From an uncultured Spirochaetales bacterium (GTDB taxonomy: Bacteria; Spirochaetota; Spirochaetia; DSM-27196; CAZFLD01), in NCBI GenBank assembly GCA_964519835.1, contig CAZFLD010000006.1:1-64000 (forward strand): a DNA stretch of 64,000 nucleotides, given 5' to 3'. The translations under genes were made by a program, and so were the position numbers. This document shows positions 19,578 to 28,976 of the stretch, piece after piece; positions within the stretch are counted from its first letter, which is position 1, and the number at the start of each line of letters is the position of its first letter. The notes under the pieces are model-generated. The model was not told the origin of the DNA, ran no database searches, and saw nothing but the letters and a program-made list of their open reading frames with translations.

Positions 19578-19618
19578 AGTATTGCCTTCCTTGATGATTT
19601 AGCGGCCGTTTTGGTCGC

Positions 19619-20962
19619 CTAGAGGCTCATCGACATCGGATGCTCGAGCGCTTCACAAGTCCAACGCAAAAACCTCGCACCGTCGGCACCGTCGACAACA
19701 CGGTGATCGTAGGAGAGCGAGAGGGGAAGCATCAGCTGCGGCACAAACCCTCCATCCTTGTAGAACGGCACCGTTTTTGCTCGGGCCACACCAAGAATCG
19801 CCACTTGCGGCGCAAACACCACCGGTGTAAACGCCGTACCCCCGATGCCGCCGAGATTCGATATCGTGAAGTTGCCTCCCTCCATGTCTTTTGGCGAGAG
19901 CTTTTTGTCGCGAGCCTTTTCGGCCATCTGCGATAGCTCGACCGACAGCTCCGTGAGTGTCTTTTTGTCCACATCACGGACAACAGGAACCAATAAGCCC
20001 CTATCGGTGTCAACGGCCACTCCGACGTTCACGTAGTCCTTGTAGATAATCTCGCCGGCGGCCATGTCTACAGATGAGTTGACACGCGGGAACTTTCTAA
20101 GTGCCGCGGCAACAACCTTGAGCAAGATCGCGGTCACCGTCAGCTTGCCTCCCGCTTTGGCAACGGTCTCTTTGTAGGTTTGCCTAAACTGCTCGACGGC
20201 ATCCACCGCCGCCTCGTCGTGCTGCGTGACATGGGGAACTACCTGCCAGGCGCCTTGAGTGTTTTCCGCGGTGATGCGACGGACCTGCGACATCGTTTCT
20301 CGGTGCACCGAACCGAATCGAGAAAAGTCCGGCAACTGCGTTGCTAGGGCTCCCCGGACCCCGGACGTTCCGCCTGCGGGTTGGGCAGACCTTTCCCGGG
20401 CATGGCGCTTTACGTCTTCGGCGGAGATTCGGCCTGCCGGTCCCGTGCCGCTTGTTGCCCTTATGTCTACGCCGATCTCGCGGGCCAAGCGGCGGGTAGA
20501 CGGCGAAGCGGGAACCGGAACCGGGGACTCCCGGTTGCCTCGCGCCGTCGTCGGCGGCGACTGCTCGCCGGGCCGGCCTTTGGGCGTGGCGGCATTGCCC
20601 TGCGCGTCCCCCTGCGCCACGTCGTCCGCCTCATCGCGGTCGGCGGCGTCGGCTTGGTCCCCGGACGGGGCCTCCTCTCCGGACGGGGCTGCCTCTTCCA
20701 CCTCGTCGCCGCCACCTTCACCCGACGTCTCGAGCACCAGGATGACGTCACCCTCGGAAAGCTCATCACCTTCGGACACCTTCACCTCTTCCACCGTCCC
20801 GCCGGCGTCGGCGGGGACCTCAACTGAAGCCTTGTCGGTCTCTATCTCGATAATCGAATCGCCTTCGGAAATGGAATCTCCCGTAGAGACAAGTACCGAC
20901 GTTACGGTTCCTGCTTCGGCACTCTCCGAAATCTCAGGCAGTTTAACTTCGTGCGTGGCCAT
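19619..20962 (-). CDS. aceF: Dihydrolipoamide acetyltransferase (PDH E2), with one lipoyl domain and a long acidic/Pro-rich linker.
   Basis: Lipoyl motif IEIETDKASVEVPA; catalytic motif SLSYDHRVVDGADGARFL. Confidence 0.85.
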   Translation of the reverse strand: MATHEVKLPEISESAEAGTVTSVLVSTGDSISEGDSIIEIETDKASVEVPADAGGTVEEVKVSEGDELSEGDVILVLETSGEGGGDEVEEAAPSGEEAPSGDQADAADRDEADDVAQGDAQGNAATPKGRPGEQSPPTTARGNRESPVPVPASPSTRRLAREIGVDIRATSGTGPAGRISAEDVKRHARERSAQPAGGTSGVRGALATQLPDFSRFGSVHRETMSQVRRITAENTQGAWQVVPHVTQHDEAAVDAVEQFRQTYKETVAKAGGKLTVTAILLKVVAAALRKFPRVNSSVDMAAGEIIYKDYVNVGVAVDTDRGLLVPVVRDVDKKTLTELSVELSQMAEKARDKKLSPKDMEGGNFTISNLGGIGGTAFTPVVFAPQVAILGVARAKTVPFYKDGGFVPQLMLPLSLSYDHRVVDGADGARFLRWTCEALEHPMSMSL

Positions 20963-20984
20963 GGGACCTCCTCTGCGGTCGCCG

Positions 20985-23660
20985 CTACAGCGCGACGGGG
21001 TCGTCTTTGTCGGCGTCTATCTCGAGCTTTTTGTACGCCTTCTCCAGATCTTTTTTGCTGTACTCGCCTTTATCGTGAAGGCTTTTGAGAGACGCCGCCA
21101 CAATGTGTCGAGCGTCTACTTCAAAGTAGTCACGGAGCGCGCCGCGATTGTCACTTCGGCCAAATCCGTCCGTGCCGAGGGCGGTAAAACTCCCTGGGAA
21201 AAACGTCGCGACCGACAGCGGCAGCGCCTTTACATAGTCCGTGGCGGCGACAAAAACCCGCTCGTCCGGGAAGCATTCGGCGATGTAGGATGTGCGGTCT
21301 TCAGCGCTTGGATCGAGGCGATGGCGTCGCTCCACCGACGTTGCATCCTGATACAGCTGCTGCCAGCTCGGCACGCTCCACACCTCCGCGTCCAGGTCAA
21401 ACTCGGATACAAGAATTTCGCGTGCCTTGCGACTCTCGTTGAGAATCGCTCCGCTTCCCAGGAGCACCACCGGCGCATTCTTTCCTTTAGCTCTATCAAG
21501 GCGATACATACCCTTCAGGATTCCCTCTTCAACGTCCTTAGGCATAGGCGGTTGTTTGTACGTCTCGTTCATGACAGTCATGTAATACATCTTGTCCGTT
21601 CCCTCGACGAACATCTCGTGAATGCCGCGGCGTAGAACGGTGGCTACCTCGTAGGCGTAGGTGGGATCGTAGGCTCGAATGTTGGGAACAGTCATAAAAA
21701 GGAGGTGGCTATTACCATCGGCGTGTTGCAAGCCCTCGCCGGGAAGAGTGGTGCGCCCGGAGGTACCTCCGATCATAAAACCCCTCGCCCGCGCGTCGGC
21801 GGCCGCCCATACGAGGTCTCCCGTCCTCTGGAATCCAAACATCGAGTAGTAAATGTAGAAGGGGATCATTGGGACGCCGTAACTCGCATACGACGTACCC
21901 GCTGCGATAAAACTCGACATACATCCCGACTCGGTAATACCCTCCTCCAAGATGGCGCCGTCTTTTTCTTCGTTGTAGTAGAGAAGGCTCTCTTTATCGA
22001 CGGGCTCGTAGCGCTGACCGACGTGGGAGTAAATGCCGACCTGCCGGAAGAGTGCCTCCATGCCAAACGTCCGCGACTCGTCGGGAACAATCGGCACGAT
22101 CCTGCGACCAATGGATTTGTCCTTCAACAAGTTGCCGAGAATCTGCACGGCGACCATGGTCGTTGCCACATCCCTCTCGCCTGAGCCTTCGAAGAACGAG
22201 GAAAACACCTTGTCATCGGGCGCCTCGAGTGTCGGGTTGGATGTGTTCCGCGTTGGGATAGAACCGCCCAACTCTTTCCGTCGGGCCTGTAGGTACTTGG
22301 CTTCTTCGCTGTCCTCAGGAAGCGAGTAAAACGGCGCCTCCTTGAGGTCCTCGTCGGAGATTGGTATCGAGAATCGACCGCGGAAGTAGCGGAGCTCTTC
22401 TTCGTTGAGTTTTTTCTGTTGGTGGGTGACGTTTCGACCCTCGCCCGCTTCCCCGAGACCGTAGCCCTTAATCGTGTGCGCCAGTACTACGGTCGGGGAA
22501 CCGGTATGCTCGACGGCGGCACGATACGCGTTGTACACCTTGACCGGGTCGTGGCCACCGCGACGGATTTTCGCAAGCTGTTCATCCGAGTAGTTTTCCA
22601 CGAGTTTTAGTAGTCGATCATCGACACCAAAGAGGTCCTTCCGGATGTAATCACCGCCCATGGCCACGTAGCGTTGAAACTGGCCGTCGGGGATTTCGCC
22701 GAGTCGCTTGATCAGAAGCCCATCGGTGTCATGTTCGAGGATTGGATCGAGATCGGCGCCCCAGATGACTTTGATCACATTCCAGCCGGCACCGCGGAAG
22801 GCCGCCTCGAGGGATTGGATGATCTTGTCGTTGCCGCTCACGGGGCCGTCGAGACGCTGGAGGTTGCAGTTAATGACAAAGATGAGATTGTCGAGTTTTT
22901 GCCTGGCGGCTACGGTCAGAGCTCCCATGGACTCGGGTTCATCGAACTCACCGTCTCCCAAGAATGCCCAGATCTTGCGGTTACCGGTTGTTGTGTGCCC
23001 CCGGTCCTCGAGATAGCGCATAAACCGTGCCTGGTAGATAGCTTGAATCGGACCGAGGCCCATGGACACGGTGGGGTATTCCCAATACGACGGCATGCTC
23101 CTCGGGTGAGGATACGACGCAAGTCCGCCGTCCGGCCTCAATTCCTGGCGGAAGTTTTTAAGGTCGAGCTCTGTGAGCTGCCCTTCGAGGAACGAGCGCG
23201 CATATATACCCGGTGATGCGTGCCCTTGGTAGTACACGATGTCGGCACCGTCTTCCGCTTTTGGCCCACGCAGGAAGTGGTTAAAGGCCACCTCATAGAG
23301 CGTTGCAGCCGAGGCAAAGGTGGATATGTGGCCCCCGATGCTGGTTGACTCGCGATTCGCCCGGACAACCATTGCCATCGCGTTCCACCGAATCACGCTC
23401 TTGATTCGCCGCTCCATCTCGCGGTCGCCGGGATACGGCTTCTCCAGCTCTCTCGGAATGGTGTTTATGTACGCCGTATTGCCGGGGCAGGAGTAACTGA
23501 CGCCGCGTTTTTGCGCGTGCCCGACGAGCAGGTCAATAAGATCGAGTACTCGCTCGGAGCCTTCATTCTGGATAACCCACTCGATAGACTCGATCCACTC
23601 ACGGTTCTCTATGTCGATCAGGCCCGGCTCCTTGCTGGTGCCTGAATTGCTATCACTCAT
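20985..23660 (-). CDS. aceE: Pyruvate dehydrogenase E1 component, homodimeric AceE type.
   Basis: 891 aa. TPP-binding regions ...GHASPGIYARSFLEG...LGDGEFDEPES.... Gene order aceE-aceF-lpdA on the minus strand. Confidence 0.9.
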   Translation of the reverse strand: MSDSNSGTSKEPGLIDIENREWIESIEWVIQNEGSERVLDLIDLLVGHAQKRGVSYSCPGNTAYINTIPRELEKPYPGDREMERRIKSVIRWNAMAMVVRANRESTSIGGHISTFASAATLYEVAFNHFLRGPKAEDGADIVYYQGHASPGIYARSFLEGQLTELDLKNFRQELRPDGGLASYPHPRSMPSYWEYPTVSMGLGPIQAIYQARFMRYLEDRGHTTTGNRKIWAFLGDGEFDEPESMGALTVAARQKLDNLIFVINCNLQRLDGPVSGNDKIIQSLEAAFRGAGWNVIKVIWGADLDPILEHDTDGLLIKRLGEIPDGQFQRYVAMGGDYIRKDLFGVDDRLLKLVENYSDEQLAKIRRGGHDPVKVYNAYRAAVEHTGSPTVVLAHTIKGYGLGEAGEGRNVTHQQKKLNEEELRYFRGRFSIPISDEDLKEAPFYSLPEDSEEAKYLQARRKELGGSIPTRNTSNPTLEAPDDKVFSSFFEGSGERDVATTMVAVQILGNLLKDKSIGRRIVPIVPDESRTFGMEALFRQVGIYSHVGQRYEPVDKESLLYYNEEKDGAILEEGITESGCMSSFIAAGTSYASYGVPMIPFYIYYSMFGFQRTGDLVWAAADARARGFMIGGTSGRTTLPGEGLQHADGNSHLLFMTVPNIRAYDPTYAYEVATVLRRGIHEMFVEGTDKMYYMTVMNETYKQPPMPKDVEEGILKGMYRLDRAKGKNAPVVLLGSGAILNESRKAREILVSEFDLDAEVWSVPSWQQLYQDATSVERRHRLDPSAEDRTSYIAECFPDERVFVAATDYVKALPLSVATFFPGSFTALGTDGFGRSDNRGALRDYFEVDARHIVAASLKSLHDKGEYSKKDLEKAYKKLEIDADKDDPVAL

Positions 23661-23989
23661 CTGTTCCTCCTCTGCTTCTCTGATGCACCGATGCTCCTCT
23701 GCCGCGCCGGGGGACTGTTGAGAACGCCGTGCCTTCTCGTTCCATCTGCAGATGCCGAGAGTTCACCCCCCGTCCCGCTCCGGGCACACGGAACCCGGCG
23801 ACAAGCTCCTCTCCAGTTGGGACTACCCACTCTTTGCAAGTGTCGTGGCAAGTGTCGTGCCGAGAGTTTGGCCACGGCGGCTTGACGTAGTACCATCGTT
23901 GGAGGGTCCGCTGATGTATGCAAAACGGCAGGGTTATGCGATCCTGCTCCACAATAACGGCCCGGACAAGTCGTTTGAGGAGGTCTCAG

Positions 23990-24472
23990 TTGAACAGTAA
24001 CGAATTACGCGTGCTCGCGCTGGCCGTAGCTGTGCTAACAGTCGGCGCGTGTGCAAGCACGAGGGATTCAGGCGAAGCAATCAACGTCAACAACGACGGG
24101 GTGCCTCTCTCAGGAGCCGATACCCTTGCCTACTGGTCTCTTGACCGTGACGCGGATGCGCTCATCGGTATCGAGGACCACACAAGCACCTGGCGAGCCG
24201 CAGAATGGCGTTTTGCAACCGCCGAGAATCGAGACAGATTCGCGGCCGTACCCGAAGATTTCGCCCCGGAGTACGGCGCCTACTGTGCAATGGCTATGGC
24301 CGAAGGCAATCTTGCTGCGCCTGACCCAAACGCCTGGACCATATATCAGGGCAAGTTATTTGTGTTCGCCCGCAAAGCCGGGAGAGACCGCTGGCGCGAG
24401 GATCCGGACCGCTATGTCGATCTAGCCGATGACAACTGGCGCAGCAGGCAAGCCGAGTTACGAGCTCAGTAA
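23990..24472 (+). CDS. YHS-domain-like lipoprotein.
   Basis: The ORF track starts at ATG 23918. I prefer the in-frame TTG at 23990, which has a strong RBS (GAGGAGG, 6 nt upstream) and yields a signal peptide LRVLALAVAVLTVGAC. A YHS-like motif ...EYGAYCAMAMAEGN...YQGKLFVFA is present. Confidence 0.5.
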   Translation: MNSNELRVLALAVAVLTVGACASTRDSGEAINVNNDGVPLSGADTLAYWSLDRDADALIGIEDHTSTWRAAEWRFATAENRDRFAAVPEDFAPEYGAYCAMAMAEGNLAAPDPNAWTIYQGKLFVFARKAGRDRWREDPDRYVDLADDNWRSRQAELRAQ

Positions 24473-24906
24473 AGCTCTACGGCGGCAAGGGTTTCGAGCC
24501 AAGGGTCGCGTCGGTCCGCCCACTCCTCAAACATCGCGTCCCAAAGCGTGTACGCTTCAAGCGTGGCAAGGAGGTCGGCGTGAGCAAACAGATTGTCGGC
24601 GCTCAGAGCCTCGTCTACCCAGTCCTCCCGTATGTCGGCCCAGCTCCCATCCACGGCATCCCAAGTCATGTGGGTTTCCAGAAACACCAGGGCTTCGCCG
24701 AACTCACCGGCACTCTCCAAGCCAAGCGTGAACTCGACCCAATAATCGCGCTCATCAGCCCACTCGTCGACCACCGCCTCCCAGCGCATGTGCGACTCGT
24801 AGTCTACCAAGAGCTCGCCGAGGTCTAATTGCTGCGCGAATAGACCTGCCACCGGCAATACGGCCAGAAGCAATACAATCCCGACAACTCTCTTTTTTTG
24901 TATCAT
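24466..24906 (-). CDS. Small secreted protein with three tandem Trp-rich repeats.
   Basis: Signal peptide MIQKKRVVGIVLLLAVLPVAGLFAQQ. Three ~36-aa repeats, each HM(R/T)W(E/D)AVxxxWADxR(D/E)xW(V/L)(E/D). Confidence 0.45.
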   Translation of the reverse strand: MIQKKRVVGIVLLLAVLPVAGLFAQQLDLGELLVDYESHMRWEAVVDEWADERDYWVEFTLGLESAGEFGEALVFLETHMTWDAVDGSWADIREDWVDEALSADNLFAHADLLATLEAYTLWDAMFEEWADRRDPWLETLAAVELY

Positions 24907-25286
24907 GACATGTACCCTCCGAAAACTTTCCTTACAAACTTACTTATTAATCGCTCGCCGCGCAACCAGTTTTTCCGTTGTGACCGCGGCACGGCAATCC
25001 GGGCGACACCGCAATCCGGGCGACACGGCGACGCGGGTGCCACTTTGACGCTGCGGGTCCGTTAAGCTACTATTGTGCTACTGTCTTAGTACACAAGTAT
25101 TATGAACTGTCATCAACCCTGGTGCTGAGCAATCATTATCTCTCGGCGCCGCAAGCGTTTGGAGTGCCTATGCAGTCCGAGTCGCGCAAGCTGTACACCG
25201 CTACCCGTAACTCCTTGACAGACAGTCAGCTTGTATTCTGTCCAGCACCAGGGTTCGTGACACATCCCAAGTATTGAGGAGAGGCG

Positions 25287-25691
25287 GTGGCGCCCCAGAA
25301 AACGACAAACGGGTTTCAGATAGTCCTCGACCCTTCGGGTGGCGTGCCGTTCTACCGTCAAATCATACTGCAGGTCCAAATGGCAATCGCCGACGGCAGG
25401 ATCAAGCCCGGCACACAGCTCCCCACGGTTCGTGGTCTGGCGGTGGATTTGCAGATCAATCCAAATACGGTCGCACGGGCCTACAGCGAGCTCGAAATCA
25501 AGGGCATCGTCACAACTCAACAGGGTACCGGCACCTTTATCAGCGACCGCGAGGTCGAGCTTTCGCGGGAGGAGCGCCGGCAAATACTCGAGCGATTGGT
25601 ACAGGGATTCCTCAGCTCGGCCGCAAGTTACGGATTCGGGCTCGAGGACGTCACGGACTACCTATCAGAGTTGAAGGAGAATCAAACATGA
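25287..25691 (+). CDS. GntR-family transcriptional regulator, short YtrA-like subtype.
   Basis: GTG start with RBS GGAGGAGAGG. wHTH region ...GRIKPGTQLPTVRGLAVDLQINPNTVARAYSELEIKGIVTTQQGTGTFIS. The stop overlaps the next start (ATGA). Confidence 0.8.
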   Translation: MAPQKTTNGFQIVLDPSGGVPFYRQIILQVQMAIADGRIKPGTQLPTVRGLAVDLQINPNTVARAYSELEIKGIVTTQQGTGTFISDREVELSREERRQILERLVQGFLSSAASYGFGLEDVTDYLSELKENQT

Positions 25692-26782
25692 AGCTCAGAA
25701 AGATTCCCATACCGATGATCGGCGTCCGCGGAGACTTTCGGTTTAACGTGCTCTCCCTCTTGATCATCCTGGTGGCCGTCGGCCTCGGATCCGGGCTCGA
25801 GCTGGTTCTCGGCGGACCGGTTGCCGCCGAAGACCTCGCGCCGGTTGTAGGAATTGCCGTTGGCGCAGCCGTTTTGCTATTTGTTCTCCGATACTGGGCG
25901 TTTGTGCTGATCGTTGTCGGCTCAGTTTCGAGCGCAGCCGGCATGTTGTTGGATGCGGTCCCGGTGTGGCTTATGGTGACTCTGGCGATCGGTTTCCTTC
26001 TTGCACCGGCCGTGGAGATCGTAAAGCAGTGGGACAAGATTGTGATCCTGCGTCTTGGCAAATTCCACCACGTCGGCGGCCCGGGCCCGCTCGTGATTCT
26101 CCCGATCTTCGACTCGGTAGCCGGCTACGTGGACACCCGTATACGTGTCACGGACTTTAGTGCCGAGCAGAGCCTTACTCGGGACACGGTACCGGTCAAC
26201 ATCGACGCTCTTGCCTTTTGGATGATCTGGGACGCCGGACGAGCGATTCTCGAAGTCCAGAAATTCGAGCCCGCCGTCATCCTCAGCGCTCAGACCGCAC
26301 TCCGCGCAACAATTGGTGCAAACGACCTATCCACCCTCCTCAGCGAGCGGGAACGCTTAGGACGCGAGATCCAGCAAATCGTCGACGCCAAGACAAATCC
26401 CTGGGGCATCACGATTCTGTCTGTGGAGTTTAAAGAGATCCTTATCCCAAAAGAACTCGAGGACGCCCTCTCCCGGGAAGCGCAGGCCGACCGTGAGCGA
26501 AACGCGAGGGTAATCCTCAGCGGCACCGAGGCAGACATCGCCCCAACGTTTAAGTCGGCGGCCGACGCCTACCGCGACGATCCCGTGGCGCTACAACTGC
26601 GCGCAATGAACATGGTCTACGAGAGCATGCGCACCAAAGGCGGCCTTGTAATCGTCCCGTCGGAGGCGCTAAAGGGCATGAACCTCGGCACCGTGCTCGG
26701 GGCAAAGGCCTACGCCCACGACGCCGGCGTAGCAGACGGCGCAGACCAGGGAGGCGAGGTCGGCAAAACGGGCGCCGGATAG
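25688..26782 (+). CDS. SPFH/band-7 (stomatin/prohibitin-like) membrane protein.
   Basis: The real start is the ATG at 25688 with RBS AAGGAGA; the ORF-track frame 25274.. is an artefactual extension. Two N-terminal TM helices, then the band-7 core ...IVILRLGKFHHVGGPGPLVILPIFDSV...VNIDALAFWMIWD.... Confidence 0.75.
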   Translation: MKLRKIPIPMIGVRGDFRFNVLSLLIILVAVGLGSGLELVLGGPVAAEDLAPVVGIAVGAAVLLFVLRYWAFVLIVVGSVSSAAGMLLDAVPVWLMVTLAIGFLLAPAVEIVKQWDKIVILRLGKFHHVGGPGPLVILPIFDSVAGYVDTRIRVTDFSAEQSLTRDTVPVNIDALAFWMIWDAGRAILEVQKFEPAVILSAQTALRATIGANDLSTLLSERERLGREIQQIVDAKTNPWGITILSVEFKEILIPKELEDALSREAQADRERNARVILSGTEADIAPTFKSAADAYRDDPVALQLRAMNMVYESMRTKGGLVIVPSEALKGMNLGTVLGAKAYAHDAGVADGADQGGEVGKTGAG

Positions 26783-26860
26783 GCGCCGGCGGCTCAGGCG
26801 AGAGCGCCAAAACGCCCCGCCGACTTGTTCTCCATACGCTGCTACGGCAGGCAGACGCTG

Positions 26861-27907
26861 CTACGACAAGCCCCGGGCGATCCGCTTGCCGGCAATAAGA
26901 AAATACAGGCCCGTGGTGCCGAGAATGATGCCCGTCTTCCAGAGGACCTCGATCCAGTCCGCGGTGAGCGTAAAGATGCTTTCCGCAAGGTTGTAGAGCC
27001 AGTAGACCGGAACCCAGTAGACAACCCACTGCCAGTTGTCGGGCAAGAGCACGCCGCCGAGGATCGCGAGCATGATCACCGTGGAAAGAGTCTTCCCCAC
27101 TCCCATGGCCTCGGTCTCGTTTTTTGCCATGGCGCCGACAAAGAGACCCAATACAAGCGTGATGATCCCTGAAGCAACCACGGCAACGTAGAGTTGAAGC
27201 ACATTCACGCCCACGATTCCGAGCACGGCAAGCGTCACCGCCGCGTATACAAAGAGGATCAGCAACGGAAAAAGCGATTTGGCAACGTAGTATTCGGTGC
27301 GGGTGAGCGGAGTGACTCGAAGCGCGCGGTCGGTGCCGTACTCCTTGTCGTTTACCACTCCGAGTCCGATGATAAAGGCCGAGATGATCGTGATAAAGAC
27401 CACAAAAATGGCGCCCCCCGTGGTGGCGACCGGGCTGTTCTGCGTGCGGTCCTGCAATGCACTTGGGATGGAGCTTTCCACGCGCACAAGGCGGCGTGGA
27501 TTCTCGTAATCCCTCTCCATAACGTATTGCCGAACAACGGCTGAGCTGACCGAGAATCGCCTGTTGCCCTCGAAGGACCGCTCCAGAACGGATACGTACT
27601 TTTTGGACTCCGGGTCACGGTATAGGCCCTCTACACTGCCGGTGCCCCGGAGTCGCTCCTCCATCTGTTCTACGGAGTCGTATTGCTCTACCGCAAAGAC
27701 CGTCTCCAGTTCAGCAATAAGCTCGGACTCGATTGCGTTGGACCCCTCGGCTACAACGGCTACAGTGGCACTTGTATCCTGTACCGACGGCAGGAAGAAT
27801 CTCAGCACAAACAGGATGATCAGAGGCACGACAAGCATGTAGGCCGCCGTGAAACTCTTGACGTTCATCCGAAGGTCGTTTACAAACATCGCCGCAAGTT
27901 GACGCAT
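26861..27907 (-). CDS. ABC-2-type transporter permease.
   Basis: 348 aa. One N-terminal TM, an extracytoplasmic loop, and C-terminal multi-TM ABC-2 topology. Sits in an operon with the two genes below. Confidence 0.6.
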   Translation of the reverse strand: MRQLAAMFVNDLRMNVKSFTAAYMLVVPLIILFVLRFFLPSVQDTSATVAVVAEGSNAIESELIAELETVFAVEQYDSVEQMEERLRGTGSVEGLYRDPESKKYVSVLERSFEGNRRFSVSSAVVRQYVMERDYENPRRLVRVESSIPSALQDRTQNSPVATTGGAIFVVFITIISAFIIGLGVVNDKEYGTDRALRVTPLTRTEYYVAKSLFPLLILFVYAAVTLAVLGIVGVNVLQLYVAVVASGIITLVLGLFVGAMAKNETEAMGVGKTLSTVIMLAILGGVLLPDNWQWVVYWVPVYWLYNLAESIFTLTADWIEVLWKTGIILGTTGLYFLIAGKRIARGLS

Positions 27908-27908
27908 C

Positions 27909-28973
27909 TTAGACCTCCTTCGCGGTCCGCCGAGTAAAGACGGCGGTCGAAATCACCACAAATACCACTGCAAATCCAGAGAGGATTGCCGCCGACCGCC
28001 AAATGACCGCAGCGTTGTTGTCGGGGAACATGGCCGCATCCAAGCCAAAAAGCGTGTGATAGGAGGGAATAATCTGCAGCCAGGGCGGCGAGAAAATCGG
28101 TGCAAAAAGCGATACGGCCGGCAGGCCCAGCACAATCATCAGCACAAATACCCACCCGATAGAGGCCATTGGGTCTTTGAAGTACGTGCCGAGGATGGTT
28201 CCCACGGACGATCCAAAAACAATGGTCAATACCATAATAAGAAGGGACGGCAGATATCCTTCAAGACCGAGCATCGGTATGTAAAGGATGGAATAGGTAA
28301 CAATGCCGGTCACAAGAACCGTAAGGTGCTTGCTGACAAGAAACTGCCATAGCTCGGCGGGTGACACGCGAAGAGCTCTGATGGTTTGATCGTTTCGCTC
28401 TTGCCCAATAAGCGAGATCATCGAGAAAAGGCCCAGTATGCCCACCATCAAGAGCAACACGGTGGGAAGAAGCCGCTGGTTAAACGGGATTTCATCCCGA
28501 AGTCCTTCTTGTAACGAACGGACCTCTACGGAGTCAACGACGTCGGTCGGATATCCGAGTGCCGGCGACAGAAACACCAAGAGGAGATCCTCGAGCTCGA
28601 GGGACACAAAATCGGAAACGGCCTCCGGTGTGTAGGGCTGAGTCAGCACTTCCACGTCAAAAAGCGCCCCCGAAGACCGGGACACAACAAGGCCAAGGGC
28701 GGTTCGGTTCTCCTCCATCCCCGAGATCACCGCTTCCCGCGAACCAACGTAGCTCTCCCCTTCTTCGGCGCCGTCGCCGATTTGGCCGACAAAGCGCTCG
28801 ACCAGACCCGTTTGATCGTGAATAAACACCGCCTGTTCAGTTTCGATGGACTCCGGGATAAGGAAGCGGAGCAAAATCACAAGCAGAACGGCAAATCCGA
28901 CCTCGAGCAGGATAAATATGTCTTTTACCCCCAAGACCACGTCTTTTTGCAAGAGACTGCTCAGGCGTCGCAT
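27909..28973 (-). CDS. ABC-2-type transporter permease.
   Basis: 354 aa with the same architecture as the neighbouring permease. Only a 1-nt gap to the downstream gene. Confidence 0.6.
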   Translation of the reverse strand: MRRLSSLLQKDVVLGVKDIFILLEVGFAVLLVILLRFLIPESIETEQAVFIHDQTGLVERFVGQIGDGAEEGESYVGSREAVISGMEENRTALGLVVSRSSGALFDVEVLTQPYTPEAVSDFVSLELEDLLLVFLSPALGYPTDVVDSVEVRSLQEGLRDEIPFNQRLLPTVLLLMVGILGLFSMISLIGQERNDQTIRALRVSPAELWQFLVSKHLTVLVTGIVTYSILYIPMLGLEGYLPSLLIMVLTIVFGSSVGTILGTYFKDPMASIGWVFVLMIVLGLPAVSLFAPIFSPPWLQIIPSYHTLFGLDAAMFPDNNAAVIWRSAAILSGFAVVFVVISTAVFTRRTAKEV

Positions 28974-28976
28974 GGC

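Noticed and set aside
25274-25687. 5' extension of the 502-aa ORF-track frame upstream of the SPFH gene.
   Set aside because: It overlaps the GntR gene in another frame. A proper RBS+ATG at 25688 gives a canonical SPFH N-terminus.
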